Shown: positions 1-15,841, counted from the first letter of the stretch. The stretch is 64,000 nucleotides of DNA from Octopus vulgaris (GCA_951406725.2 OX597832.1:12152001-12216000), one strand, 5' to 3'. Translations and numbers: made by a program. Notes: generated from the letters alone by a model not told the origin.

Positions 1-808
1 AATGTCCCATGTATTTGAAAACCATGGAAAGATTTTAAAGAAACATTTCATTTCATTTTTCCACAATTCATTTTTTTTTTTTTGCAGTTGAAAAAATCGC
101 AGGCTGAACCTGGTACTAAAATTTCTTCATTATAAAAATTATTTTAGCATCTTCTTCTTTGTCCTATTTTCCTTATACATGTCATCTCGTGTGTTTCTTT
201 TGAACCTTCTACACACACACACACACACACACATGCAGAGGCACACACACATACACACACATATGTATAGCTCTATTCAATACTACCAGTCAAAAGACTT
301 TACTTAAATTACTCATTCATTTCACTCCCGTATGATTTTTTTTCTTTTTCCCTTCTTTTATTCCTGATTTCTCTCTACATTTATACTCTCCACTACTACT
401 GTGCTCTCTACACATTTTGATTGAATCTTCCACGGGTTAAATCGTATCTCCTTGCGACAATGTAAAACTTTCATTTAATCAAGCTATCCCTGGTCTGACC
501 AGTAGCCTGAAGTACACACCTCGCTTGGATATTTACCATTTCCCTGGTTCAGCTTACTACGAAAGACATGTAGCCCTGATTTTATCTATTCTATCTCATA
601 ACTCTTGTATTATTCGCATATCCGGCAACTCTGATCTCCTACGGCGAAATATGAAAAGAACTTTTTTCAGTTTATCATGCTACGATACGAAAACATCCAA
701 AACTTCCCGTTTCATTTTACCACTATTCTCCTTAAAAGATTTTTTTTTTAATATTTACTACGGATTGCTTGAAGCTAACTTTTTCTTACAACTCGTTCTT
801 TGAATCTT

Positions 809-811
<3 letters not shown>

Positions 812-875
<64 letters not shown>

Positions 876-1014
876 GTATATATGTATATATATATGTATA
901 TATGTATGTATATATGTATATATGTATATATATATGTATATATGTATATATATATGTATATATATATGTATATATGTATATATATATGTATATATGTATA
1001 TATGTATATATATG

Positions 1015-1045
<31 letters not shown>

Positions 1046-1058
1046 GTATATATATATG

Positions 1059-1107
<49 letters not shown>

Positions 1108-1150
1108 GTATATATATATATGTATATATTTATATATATATATATATATA
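812..1150. repeat. (TA)n microsatellite with periodic TG interruptions
   Basis: Directly visible; explains the YIYI ORFs at 769-1223. Confidence 0.98.
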
Positions 1151-1159
1151 CATAGTTAA

Positions 1160-1360
1160 TCTAAACATGAAAACACAAAGAGAAAACACAACAACGCGAG
1201 GACGTGGAGCAAGTATAGTATGAGTGGACGCTCAGGAAAGAAGGAAAGAAGTAGGGGTCAACGTTTCGAGCGGAGCTCTTCGTCAGAAACATATGAAAAG
1301 GAAAGATCCAAAGAAGAGAAGACGGAGGATAAAAAATCGCCAACGGTGCATACGCGGTCA
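1160..1360 (-). mobile_element. Short Penelope-like (pLTR-type) fragment embedded between microsatellites
   Basis: About 200 bp of complex sequence between (TA)n and (CA)n. The minus strand carries CTGACGA-A-GAGC-TCC-GCTC-GAAACGTT, the kind of motif typical of Penelope-like termini. No RT or GIY-YIG coding sequence seen. Confidence 0.6.
1257..1291 (-). ncRNA. Minimal type-I hammerhead-ribozyme-like core
   Basis: Minus strand TGTTT-CTGACGA-A-[GAGC TCC GCTC]-GAAA-CG-TT-GAC: CUGANGA and GAAA boxes flank a 4-bp stem II; palindromic AACGTT at stem III; stem I weak in this copy. Confidence 0.55.
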
Positions 1361-2623
1361 CACACACACACATATATATATGAGATAGAGAGATTGAAGT
1401 TGATTGATAGATAGACAAATAGATAAAGGGATAGATAGAAGCTAGTATAAGGGAGGAGCGCGCCAATACAGTATTCAAGATCTCTGTCCTTGTCAGAAGA
1501 GTAGAATTATGCCATCCAGAGATTGATTCAAAGGATTGGCAAATCTTAAAGGTACACGTTTTCCAAATATAACATTTTACTAAGAAACTAGTTTTCGACA
1601 TCAGGAAATAAAATCGTTTCCGCATAACTGAGAATTGAACATGCTAACAACTATGGCCATTAATTTATCAATGAATTTGTGAGATATTTTGACAAGCTGC
1701 TGATTGTATCAGCATTTACGTCATTTGAAATAATTATAAACATCATACTTTGTTCATTTAATTGACAGTAAATTGGTTTCTAACAAAATTCCTTTTATGT
1801 TTTAATTAAACAATATTTATACTGTCACCACCAGTTAATTCTCAGTTGAGACAAACATTTAAGATTTTAGTGGATCATAAAAAAGGTGTGTATGACTTTG
1901 ATGAGTTTCTACAATCATTAACCCCGTAATTGTAATCATTTTGTGATAAACAAGAATTGATATTGTGGTAATAATTCTGAAAACAATCTGGTACTAAGTG
2001 ACATTGATTCGTATTGTATGTATGATGAATGAGTGAGATGTGGCTATCCTTATTTATTTAGGTAGGGAGACAGAGGTAACCTAGTTGCACAAAATCACGC
2101 AAAATAATGTCGTATATTCTTGTATAGACTTGGACATATAAACACACAGATTCACAATTTGACACACACACACATACTAACTTACATCTTTTTATCAAAG
2201 TGGGCCAGTGTATCTATAACTCGGATGTTCTCGTTCACGTTTCTCAAGCTATTGTCGTAAATATAAAGCTTGTTTACCTACATATCTCTCTATTGATTGC
2301 CATTTGGTTACCTCGTACATAACTTCGTTAGCGTTTGTAGAATACGGGCGTAGGCAAGTTTATAATGTATCAGCAAGAGGGAAAAGAATTCAAAAGAAGC
2401 TACATAAGTAAAATAACGAACGAAAGGAAGATGAAAAAGGAAATATAACGAATGGAGATTAGGACAAAATGATGATGATGGGTGATGATGGTGAAGATGA
2501 TAACGTTGACTATGGTGATGATGATGAAAATGTCAGCTTCTATAATGATAATTATTCTCTCTTTCTCCATATATAAGGTGGTGACCTAGCAAAGCCGCAG
2601 TCAAATGACAGAAACAAGCAATA

Positions 2624-2661
<38 letters not shown>

Positions 2662-2665
<4 letters not shown>

Positions 2666-3305
2666 ACGTTACCAATGGTGCAGATAACATTAAATATGTA
2701 AAGTAACGGGGGAAAACGAATGAAATACGTAAACAACTAGGAAAAAAGGAAACAGGTCAAGTAAACTGAGAGAAAGGACCCTTCATCACTTGTGAGCTGT
2801 CTATCTACTCTTCATTTCGAGCATTCAACGACAATATGAATCTTCAAAGAGAGTTGCTCCCATAAATTATAGAATAAAATTCAGGATTTATAGACGATGA
2901 AAGTTGGAAACAAAAAAATTACAGTGGAGACATACAAGGAAACTGAATGAAAATACACAGTGAGGGTCGTTAGACCAGAAAGAGAGGAAAATAATGATAA
3001 AAGATAGAAGAGAGAGAGAGAGAGAGAGAAAAAAAAACACGTTCGCTCTTTTAAATGTCCGTGCAGGAAAGAAAGCTGGTCATGCGAGGAAAAGATGGAC
3101 GAAGGTCAGTTGTGAGCAAGGAGAGAGAGAAAAACGAGAAAAATGGGAAGACAGTGAGAGACAGACAGAAACCAGCGAAGGAGGGAGGGGTAAAAAAGGG
3201 AATTATAGAAGAATGGAAGAAGAAAAAAGTTTAGAGTAGAGAGTCGCATCAAAAAGCTGATGCTAAACTTAATGGAAATGGATGTGGCGAGTTGAATTAA
3301 TTATG

Positions 3306-3307
<2 letters not shown>
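2662..3307. mobile_element. Decayed interspersed repeat (possibly Penelope-like) flanked by (TA)n on both sides
   Basis: Its start (ggacgttaccaa...gaaatacgtaaacaactagg) recurs at ~3393-3445 (ggacgtcaccaa...gaaatgcgtaaacaacgag); purine-rich; family assignment is inference. Confidence 0.4.
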
Positions 3308-3356
<49 letters not shown>

Positions 3357-4035
3357 TACATATTATATATATTAACATGCATATATGTGTACAGGACGTC
3401 ACCAACAATACATGAAATGCGTAAACAACGAGAAAAAAATAAACATACTATGTTCCGGCTTTTCACTGTATAAGTACATACTAGGTGAATTCAATAAACA
3501 TGCCCAACCTAGTTTAATATTATAATATAATACCTTATAACTATCTGCTTCTTTCTTCAAATTTAGCAATATCTAAAATTGCCACCGTGCCTCTAAAATA
3601 GTCAGTCGAGAAACCAATCCATGATGTCACATAATTGTTCTTAATACATTCCGGCAGATTCGTACTTGAATATGTTATTCGTTGTTGGATTTAGTCACCT
3701 GAGAACGACGTTTCTTTTACGAGGAATATGTCGAAACATCGACACATGAATCTCTGGACAACCAGTGTCGCCACAAACTTCTTAAAACCTGTATGGTTAC
3801 ATTTACGTTTTATTTCTTAGCGCTGGTCCTCGTTTCAATCATTAAACTGTGACCAATCCTAGGTGTTCCAATACTTTAATTCAAATATATTCATAAAATT
3901 ATTTATTTCAATTTAAAAGTTAGTTTATGGATGGTGGTTATCGTAACGTCAAGTAACGACAAACAGAAGCATTTCGAAACATCGGCTTGATATAGAGTAT
4001 ATAAAAATACATACACATGCAAACACAGACGTTAA

Positions 4036-4164
4036 GGCATAGATGTGTGGATGGGAAACGTGCATGATTGAGGCTTCAGCCCCACTGCCAGTGGCAAGTG
4101 TATTTTAATACAGCCCCTGGTTGACCGATTAGATATCATCGACTGCAATCGAAAGAAAACTGTC
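4036..4164 (+). mobile_element. Degenerate 5' half of SINE group D
   Basis: ggcttcagccccactg / ggcaagtgtattttaatacagcccctggttgaccga / gactgcaatcgaaagaaaactgtc align in order with the heads of the copies at 21628 and 61007. Confidence 0.65.
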
Positions 4165-6359
<2,195 letters not shown>

Positions 6360-6423
6360 TATATGTATATATATACACACACACACACATATATATACTC
6401 ACACACACATACACACACACATA

Positions 6424-6455
<32 letters not shown>

Positions 6456-6875
6456 CATACTTATATACATACTTATATACAATTAAGATTCAATTGAGTT
6501 AGTTACTTAAATTGAGGCACCTTATTAGGTCTGAGTGACATGCATACTCAACAATATCGGATGTGGTGCATAAGTTCTGGCCTCATGATATTCTTGCAGT
6601 ATATGCAAATAGTAAGACCCAGCTGAGTAGAGAAATCCTCTCTTAGCTATTCAGACGTGTAGTTCATATTAAAAATACTGCCTATAATGTTTATGAATCG
6701 TTGATTCCAGGATGTGTGAATAAAATACACATGCAAATACTGATTTAATAGGCATAGTAGTGTGGTTGAAAAATGGGCATTATTTAGACTTCACTCATAT
6801 ATATATATATATATATAATATACGTATGTGTGTATATGTATTTATTTGTACATATATATGTATGTGTCTGTGTAT

Positions 6876-6925
<50 letters not shown>

Positions 6926-8721
6926 ATACACTCATACATATATGTATAAGTCTATACGTATGTATTTTTACATATAAAAGTATGTATGTGTGTGTGACTG
7001 TGTGTGCATATGTGTGTGACTGTGTGTGTATATGTGTTTGTGTATTGTTATGAATGCATGTATGTGTACTTGTGTGTGATTAACTAAAGAAATGGAACAG
7101 CGATTGTGTGGGAATATCGTAAAAATACATACGCATGTTTAATAAAAGCTATATTTAGTTTCGTTGACAAAATTACCACGTGCTTAAAAGCAGAAACTAC
7201 ATCCCCCAGCTCTCTCTCTCCCTCTCTCTCCCTCTCTCTCCCTCCCTCTTTGAATAAATACGTATCTATCTATCTAAAATATGTATGTGTTTGTGTGTGT
7301 CTTGGTGTGTATTTATGATGGGACTCCTTTCAACATTACTTTATTCTCAGCATATTTATTCTCAACTCGAATTAATTCACTTTCTAAGGTACCATACAAT
7401 TGAATCAGAGTCGTAACACGTGAAACCATGTCGTTGTAGACAAATCTCGTAGCCATGCGGCTCTAATTCGTAAAAAATGTCAAAGACAAACCAGTAAAAT
7501 GAACAACAGACTTTTTTCTGACGAAATTACGCACATTTCTTGGTAAACATTCTGACTCCAAATGAAGCCATATGATTACAAAATCTTATTTATATTATCG
7601 ACTTCGCATAATTAAAATAAAAAGTCAAACACAGCGGGGTAAACAACAATGGCGCCGCCAAACGGAAATATGTAATGTAAGGAATGTAGTTCTTCACTTT
7701 CTACTGAGATAGTTCAATTGCTTAAATAAATATTTTATTGCTGTAGTTCAACTGCATGTTAGCAGTTACCCTGGAGAACTATGAGATAAAAAAATAAAAC
7801 TCCTTCCAGACATGACTATCGTCTGCTTTTATGGCTATCTTGTTCAACATAACCTAATAACAGTCGTGCGCTTGTAAAGTGATATAATGTAATAGGCGGG
7901 AGAGCTGGAGTATAATTTTTAGCAGACTGTGCGACTACTTAAAGGCTCTCCAAACATTTGCTTTTTCACTGGGTTTTTTCGAGACGTTGTATTTGATACT
8001 TTCGGAATGATTGATCGTAACTGTGTTTTTAGATTTTACTTTTTCTCTTTCATGTGTTCAGTTTCTATTGATGTGTGCTAACTTACTTGAAACCACTGAT
8101 CAAGACAAAAAGCATGATTCCAAATGAGTATTTTACCTGACGTCCTCACATTGCTGGCTACTCTTAGTCATTTGTTATTGTCTTACACCAGTAAGATTAT
8201 TTATACGATTGAGGTATGTCTCCATCAGCATATTCGAGATTTACGAGAAAGACACACTATCCTTAGGCTGGAAGCTGATCGGAATGTCTCACAATACATG
8301 TATAGCACTACAATACATTGATGAGCAAACTAGCTCACAGATATAGTCAGAAGGTAAAGTGTAATCTATCCAAAGGGCATTAACAGTGGTTCGGCTTACA
8401 GAATATTGATATTGAAAATGCCAAACCTCACTTTGGACTTTTGTTAGAATATACTTCCCAACGACGATTAGCTGTGGCAACGATCCGAAAATCATGAAAC
8501 CAATAGGGCTGCTCCTGCTAACGGATTACCTACATTTTAACAATATCCTTGATGTGCTCAAACAACTTTTACATTTTAGAATTAGTAATGCCCTATTGTT
8601 CGTCACCGTAGGAACACAATGGTCGAACGTATATATAGCCACGTACAGATCAGTCAGTACAAAGAACCTGGGGATTATTTCACGCTTATCAGCCGCTAAG
8701 GTTTCCTAAATCATACTTCAG

Positions 8722-8898
8722 AGTCAGCAGTAACATTCGATGAAAATTTTCTTGAAACTGGAAACGCAGAACCTATGCCTTCCATATTTGAATCCGAAGA
8801 GATTGAACTAAGTACTGCACGACTTTTTGTCCGTCACTGTAACGACTCTACCATTCCTTGCCTTACTGGCGACAAGCTACTTGCAGCCAATACGTGCG
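8722..8898 (+). other. Candidate exon (coding status unknown)
   Basis: Acceptor catacttcag, donor CG|gtgagt, 177 nt with one open frame (SAVTFDENFLETGNAEPMPSIFESEEIELSTARLFVRHCNDSTIPCLTGDKLLAANTC). 5' boundary uncertain; no recognised homology. Confidence 0.3.
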
Positions 8899-10606
8899 GT
8901 GAGTGAACTGTTAAATCTCGACCGATTAAATGTTAGGAGACGTTTGCATCTTCATGTGTTTTTTAATATTTTCTCAATCTAAAGCTTATTTTCACAAAAT
9001 AAATGTCATTGCTTGAACAATCCTTTTATATAACACTAAATGTTCGAAAGTTAAATGTCTTATTGATATTGTACACTAAAAACATTTCCGTATATATATA
9101 CATAGCACTGACGCATGTACTCACACAAAAGCGCGCACACACACACACACAGACACATTCATACACACACATACACACAAACACACACACACATACACAC
9201 ACATATATATATATATATATATAAACTCCTACATGTATATGTGTGTATATATACGTTTGTTTATACATACGTGTGTACATCTGTGTATATATACATATGT
9301 GTTTATACCTACATGCACACACATACATAAATACATACAAGCATGTACATATAGGTATATACACATATGCATACACACATACGCACACGCATATATATAT
9401 ATATATGTAAAATACGATATATAATGTGCATAAGGTGGTATGTGTTGATGTGTCTGTGTTCATGTGTGTAAGTTTACATTTGTTTTGCGCTTTAATATAT
9501 TTATATCTATGATTACATTACTGCGGATAATTTCCAAAGTTTACACTAAATAGCGGAAACAATTGCCGTGAAGATTAAGACATTCCAATCAGGATATATA
9601 TTACTTGAAGCGTTAATGACAATGTTAAACTTTCTTTTATTGAGCTGAGGAATTATCATTTCCATACATCCTATTTTCCGATCGAAACTCTGGAAAGAAA
9701 TAGTGTAGATATTTTAAACAAGTTTTATGCATATTTAAATCACTCCGTGATGTAACACTTAAATTTATCAATATTCATATTTTTTTCGTTTTATAACGTA
9801 TTCTTGTTTCTGATTTTCTGATTTATCATAATGCAAATGGTCTTCAAAAATATTTCCTAAATCATTCAATGTTTCATACAATATTTTGATAAGTTTTCTT
9901 AAACATTAAACATAATCTCAAAATGTTTGATAAATTATATTCTGAAATCTTTCATATTGTTATATTAAGATAATTCATTCTTACACGACCATTGTTGATA
10001 TTTCATTTTCTATATATTTTTCATCGTTTAGCTATATTAAGAGAGAAGTTGACTTTGATTTTAATAAGCCCACAGTCAATTTCTCGCTTCGTAATTAAGC
10101 GTTTTCGTTGGACTATTAACAGCCAGGGAAATAATGGTTACTGTGATATATTTCAATAAAATATTTCTAAGTTTATCTGTAGTTGCTGGAAAGGAAAGAG
10201 AAGCACAACAACAAAACTTATATCTGGAATATCTCCTCATTTAACACGAATATAGATAATTATCTAATTAACGAAACCGCAAAAGGAGCAGCGACTACAT
10301 TTATTAACGAAATTACACACATTTACAAAATTCAAATCGATTATTAATAAAATTAATGATGAAAAAAAGTAAATATTATTCTTCAGATTCACATCTTAAA
10401 CACATTTCTTTCGACCGAAAGCGAACTTTCATTTTTATTACATTTACAACCATTCACAGCGTGAATGTTTGTTTATTGCTGTCATAATTATCTCTTGCTT
10501 ATTATCTTTTCTTTCATTTCTGTTTTTTCGATGCAGAACTTAAAGTAACTCAGTAATGTTACATGCAAAATAAAATTATATATATATATACAGATTTAAG
10601 TATATG

Positions 10607-10638
<32 letters not shown>

Positions 10639-10733
10639 TACATACAAATACATATATATATGCATACACATATATATATAATTATATGTTTATATATATA
10701 TATATATACATACATACATACATACACGCACAT

Positions 10734-10827
<94 letters not shown>

Positions 10828-11069
10828 TTATATACATAGGGAGACAGACGACAGACAGACAAATTCATAGAGAGAGAGAGAGAAAGAGAGAGGGGACAGA
10901 TGTAAACAGAGAGAATATAAGGGTGGGTCAAATATAGTTATTTTCTGAAAAAGCTTATCAGATGTATAATGAGCTTTCTATAAGGAGTGAGCTCTTTGTT
11001 ATGGCACACAGACCAAGCACACACACGGATTCTACACATACACACACTCATACACACACTACCACATAC

Positions 11070-11127
<58 letters not shown>

Positions 11128-12074
11128 TATGTCTGCTCTTACAATTAACTTCAATTGAAATCTTGTTTGTTTTTGTTTGTGTGTTTTCTTTTCAATATGG
11201 ATAAAAGTGCGTGAACATATCATCCTTGTGTACAATGAAGACATTTTATATAGAATTGTAGTTTATTGTAAAAGACGTCTCATCGTAAATTCATGTAGCC
11301 TCTTTTGTATGATTTGACTGTTGGAGAAATAATTGGAGTCGGTGCGAATGAATAAATATTATGCACACCAGAAGTAGATATCGATTTCTAAAATGGTTGG
11401 AAAAATCTATTTATTGTAACCGCTAATGGAAAATTGAAAATCGACCTCATTTTATTTGATATATTCAAAATTTCATCATTCTTAATTAGTTCTTTGCGAG
11501 AGATTCCAGAGGAAAAGTGAGAAATTGAAAGCAGGATAAATTAAAATGTTTCTCAAATAAAACAAATTTTTGAATTCATAATTATAAGAAATTGAAAGTA
11601 CAATAAAATAATTTTAAAAAATAATACAAAATAACCTTTATAGTTGCTTTAACTAATTCTATAGATTGTCAGGGAAGAGAAAGATGATGCAATACAGTCA
11701 TTAATTTTTATGTCCAATCGGTAAAAATTTTTAAAGGATGTCTTAAGTTACAGCCAGGCCCAAGTAATTCTGCAGACATTTATATTGAAGACTTTCATGA
11801 CAATTTTATCTTCTTATTTTGCATAATTGAAGTCGTTTTCAACCGCATAGTGATTAGATGTCATTTAAATACTTGTAACTGTGCAATAAAAACGATAAGA
11901 ACAACTAGACATTTCGAAGAAACATGTGTGTGGTCATCGACGTACTATAAATAATCATGAAATAATCACCATTACCTTCATTAAAGAAAAAACTAATAGT
12001 CATAGCATTAAATGCTTCTGAACACAGTGACTGAAAATCAAAAACGGTCACGGTAGAATGCGTTTCCGTTACAG

Positions 12075-12172
12075 GCCAGCTTTATGAAATTGGAGAGACG
12101 TGTTTTTATCGAGATCCATTTTTTCGATAAAATATCAGTGAAATTTAAAATGCGGGGGAAGTATTGCTATAG
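12075..12172 (+). other. Candidate exon
   Basis: Acceptor tttccgttacag, consensus donor AG|gtgagt, 98 nt; one open frame ending aaaATG-RGKYCY in phase 2. Confidence 0.38.
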
Positions 12173-12466
12173 GTGAGTACTACATTAAATGCGTTACATA
12201 GTTTCATTTACTTTTGCCTCGTCTACTCAAAGAACCAATGTTACCAAGAACTACGTAGTATCTATCTCCACAACTTCCTAGATTATTACTATGTTTATCA
12301 CACTACATCATTACAATGAGTATCACACTCAGGATACATGCGAATACAATAACTCTTTCATTTTCATGTGTTAGAATTTCTATAAGTTATTTGCAGAAAG
12401 CTCCCTTATCGGACACGGGATGTATTAGACTTCGAAGCACATTCTGTTATATTTTTTGTGTTACAG

Positions 12467-12530
12467 GACATCTGAGAAAAGGAAGAATTATTGCTTTCCC
12501 ATAGTCCTTGTGGCTGTTTGGAAGAAGGTA
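12467..12530 (+). other. Candidate exon
   Basis: Acceptor attttttgtgttacag; donor at 12527 (gtagta) or 12530 (gtaaga); only the phase-2 frame is open (TSEKRKNYCFPIVLVAVWKK), which matches the end phase of 12075-12172. Confidence 0.3.
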
Positions 12531-12681
12531 GTAAGATAAATTCATATTGGAAATATTACCTAAGTACTATATAGTAATTTTAAATCGAGCACCTAATAAT
12601 AACTATAAATTCTCTGATGAGCTTTCACATAGCATTTCACATATACAAAATTTTTGCCTTGCAAGTTTTTTTTGTCTGATC

Positions 12682-12770
12682 GAGGCTATGAAAGAAGACG
12701 TTTCCAAAGGTGCTACACACAGTAATTGAATTGGAATCACGGTAGTTGCGAACTGAACGTCCTAGCAAAA
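12682..12770 (-). mobile_element. Degenerate SINE group D head
   Basis: gaggctatgaaagaagacgtttccaaaggtgctac resembles the reverse complement of ccttgggcaagtgtcttctactatagcctc at 61083-61112. Confidence 0.55.
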
Positions 12771-13601
12771 AAATTATATCTGTACTAAATATGAAATAGA
12801 GCAAGACACTTAAAGATTTCTAATAAATTCCCAGTAGCGAAACTAGCGATGGCAATTGCTGCGCTATGACCGCGAACTATAAGCTTATAACGTTGTTCAT
12901 TCCATCTACTTGCAAAATATTGAAAATCGATGCAATATTTCTCTCATATTTGCCGATACACAAGATAAAAACTGGCTCAATGCCAAATATCTACTTAGGT
13001 TTAAACGTTTTTTGTCTTTAGAAATTCTAACACTTCAAATGAAGCTAAAAGTAATCAGTGGACTTGGAAATTATTTTCGGCAAAGGGTGAGTTGAAAGAG
13101 TATTTATTTTAGCTACAGCTCCCAAATTTATGTTCTTCATTATAGAAATGCTAACACTCCAAGAATTTTCCTAACAGTAATTGCTAAGTAAAGTTGTTCT
13201 ATAATGGAGGAGCATATCTGAAATTAGCCAAGAATAAATTTTCAAACTACATTAGCAGAAATAGAAAATTGTTTAAGTTTCTGTTGAACTTCTAAAAATA
13301 TAGTAATTTCGATTCCCATCGATAAATATGTGAATAAGTAAAAAGTAATCAGAATATAGTTCCATGTAAATTTTTGGTCGTGGAAATCCTATTTTCGCCT
13401 TTAATGACTTGTGAAGAAAGTGCTCAGTTGAAAATACGATTTTTCAGTAATCCAAGTAACTAAACTTACATATTCTTCTGAGTGAAATATGCAAGATGGT
13501 TTATTGACTCCAAAAGGTTACATGTAAATACATTTCTGAACGATTTTATTTCACTTTGCATTTATGTGCATGTATACATCTCTCTCTCCCCTTTCTCTCT
13601 G

Positions 13602-13683
<82 letters not shown>

Positions 13684-13780
13684 AGTTTATATATATATAA
13701 GTATAATTCTGTATGTACATATATGAGCATGTATACATACATATCTACTTATATACATAAATAGGTATGTATATGTAAGT

Positions 13781-13820
<40 letters not shown>

Positions 13821-14361
13821 ACGTGTCTATATATATAAGTATATATATACACGCAAAGACAAGATCCAAGGATCTAGGTATGGGCAGTTAGTAAGCATTG
13901 GGCAGTCTGTTGAAGATACAAAACACAACTTTCATTAGCAAAAGCGATTTATTGACGTAGAAGGATCTAGATTTTTCCCATATCGAAGTTCAAGGAGCTG
14001 AAAATAGTTATTTTATAGTTGATAGTTGGCAGCTGGAGTTGCTATGTATGCGAATAAGAATCCAAATTACGAAATGAAGTATATAAATTCTAGTCTAAGT
14101 ATGTGTCAGAGCTAGCAGAATCTCGGAAGTAGTAATTACCCAAAGGAAGGGTAATCCATAAGCTACTTGTCGGGCCAAAGATACTTTAACCAAATGAAGT
14201 TGACAATATCGCCAAGAAATTTCATGTTACCTCGTATGAGATACGATGGAAAATGCCTTCTCGTTTGGGTAATTATTACTTCCGAGTTCCTGTTAGCTAT
14301 GGAACATATGTATACTAGATTTTATCTACTCCATTCTTTAATTTCATATATATATATATAT

Positions 14362-14540
14362 TAATCAATAAAAGGGTAGTAAAAAATTCAATAGAAACTT
14401 TTTGCCACCAGCGGTCTAGGGTAAATGTTTTTTAATTTTCCTTTAATTTCTGAATTACTACTATTCAGCAGTTTGAGTCTTGGCTGCTCTTTTCAGTGGG
14501 TCAAATGGCTTATCGGGGCCGTTCCTCAATGTTGTTGAAA
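14362..14540 (-). mobile_element. Possible Penelope-like terminal fragment between (TA)n tracts
   Basis: Minus strand ctgaaaa-gag-cagccaaga-ctc-aaac looks like a decayed hammerhead core; TA tracts on both sides. Confidence 0.3.
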
Positions 14541-14544
14541 TATA

Positions 14545-14614
<70 letters not shown>

Positions 14615-14701
14615 TATTAATTAATGTATACATGTGTATAACTAATTAATTGCAAAATAACTCAGTTATTCATTTCACATATCGGGAATTGAAGTCATTG
14701 C

Positions 14702-14737
<36 letters not shown>

Positions 14738-15186
14738 TGCACACAAACAAAAGCAATTATATATACATTTGGGCAGGTGTCCTTGTGTGAGTCTTAAATG
14801 TCTGGCGAAATATTGACTATTTCGTGACTATTGGCGTGCATGGGAATATACTCATTGATTTTAAATGAATGGTGCCCGTTCGCAATCTCTGTGCTGTAAG
14901 TTTCTCATTTAAAACTATGTGCTACATATTGTCATTGACATGTTCTAATTCTATGGTTATACATATTCTCTTGTACCAATTTTGTATTGGTGTAATTGAC
15001 GCATGGGTATCAGATGGAATTCTAGAGAAATTAACTCTACGCATCAAAATCCATTCTATACACAGCATTAATATAATCTAATTAAGAAATTTAAAGTGTC
15101 GTTGAAGAAATTCGTCTATATTTCATAGATTCTTTTTCGTATACTTTTCATATGAGCTACTGTGTATCTACAAATAATTGATACCC

Positions 15187-15273
15187 TTGTGTGTCAACAT
15201 AATCTTGAGTGTCCACATAATCTTGTGTGTCCACATAATCTTGAGTGACCACATAATCTTGAGTGTCCACATA
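15187..15273. repeat. 18-bp minisatellite (ccacataatcttgagtgt), ~4.5 copies
   Basis: Directly visible tandem units with 1-2 substitutions. Confidence 0.9.
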
Positions 15274-15841
15274 TTCCTTTTGACAATTATCGCGGAAGTG
15301 TTATGTATACACGAGATATGTTTAATATTTGTGCTATTTCCAATGACGGGTAACCATGATGAATTTTAATAACGCGGGGCTTTAAAAGTACATGAACCTT
15401 CTAGGTACACGATAAGAAGGAGGGAGAGTGAATGAGAGAGAGGGGATGAGAGGTGGGAAACGGAGAGTCGAGAAAAAGAGAAAGACTAAGGGACAAAAGG
15501 AGAAATGAAGAGAGAAAGAGAGAGAGAGAAAGAAAGGGAGGGAGAGAGAAAGAAAGAGAGAGAGAGACAAAGAAAGAGAGAGATTGGTGACACTTTAGCG
15601 AATCATTTTAATTGGGAAGATCCGTATGCATCTTAAAATACATTTTCTCAGAAACGTTATTCATTGCGTCACGTGTTTCGCACCGTCGTAGATATTACAC
15701 AGTATTTGTCTCTTAACTATAGAATTAAATATAAAGTGGCTAGTAATTGTCATTGTAATCCTCATTTTCATTGTCCGTATCATCATCTTCACCTCATTAT
15801 CACCATCTTCAATACATAAATGCATAAACACACTGCTTTAT

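Noticed and set aside
525-803. 92-aa ORF at the window start
   Set aside because: Non-ATG start, no recognisable domain and no clear splice sites.
2760-2850. Possible hammerhead on the minus strand (ttgaaga...ctcgaaa and gtgatgaa)
   Set aside because: The boxes and stems cannot be assembled into a consistent fold.
8124-8709. Short ORFs in a GC-richer block, with an ATYRS motif reminiscent of LINE endonuclease
   Set aside because: No further APE motifs in order; cannot distinguish an old TE from UTR-like sequence.
12614-12640. CTGATGA followed by a short stem
   Set aside because: No GAAA box after the stem.
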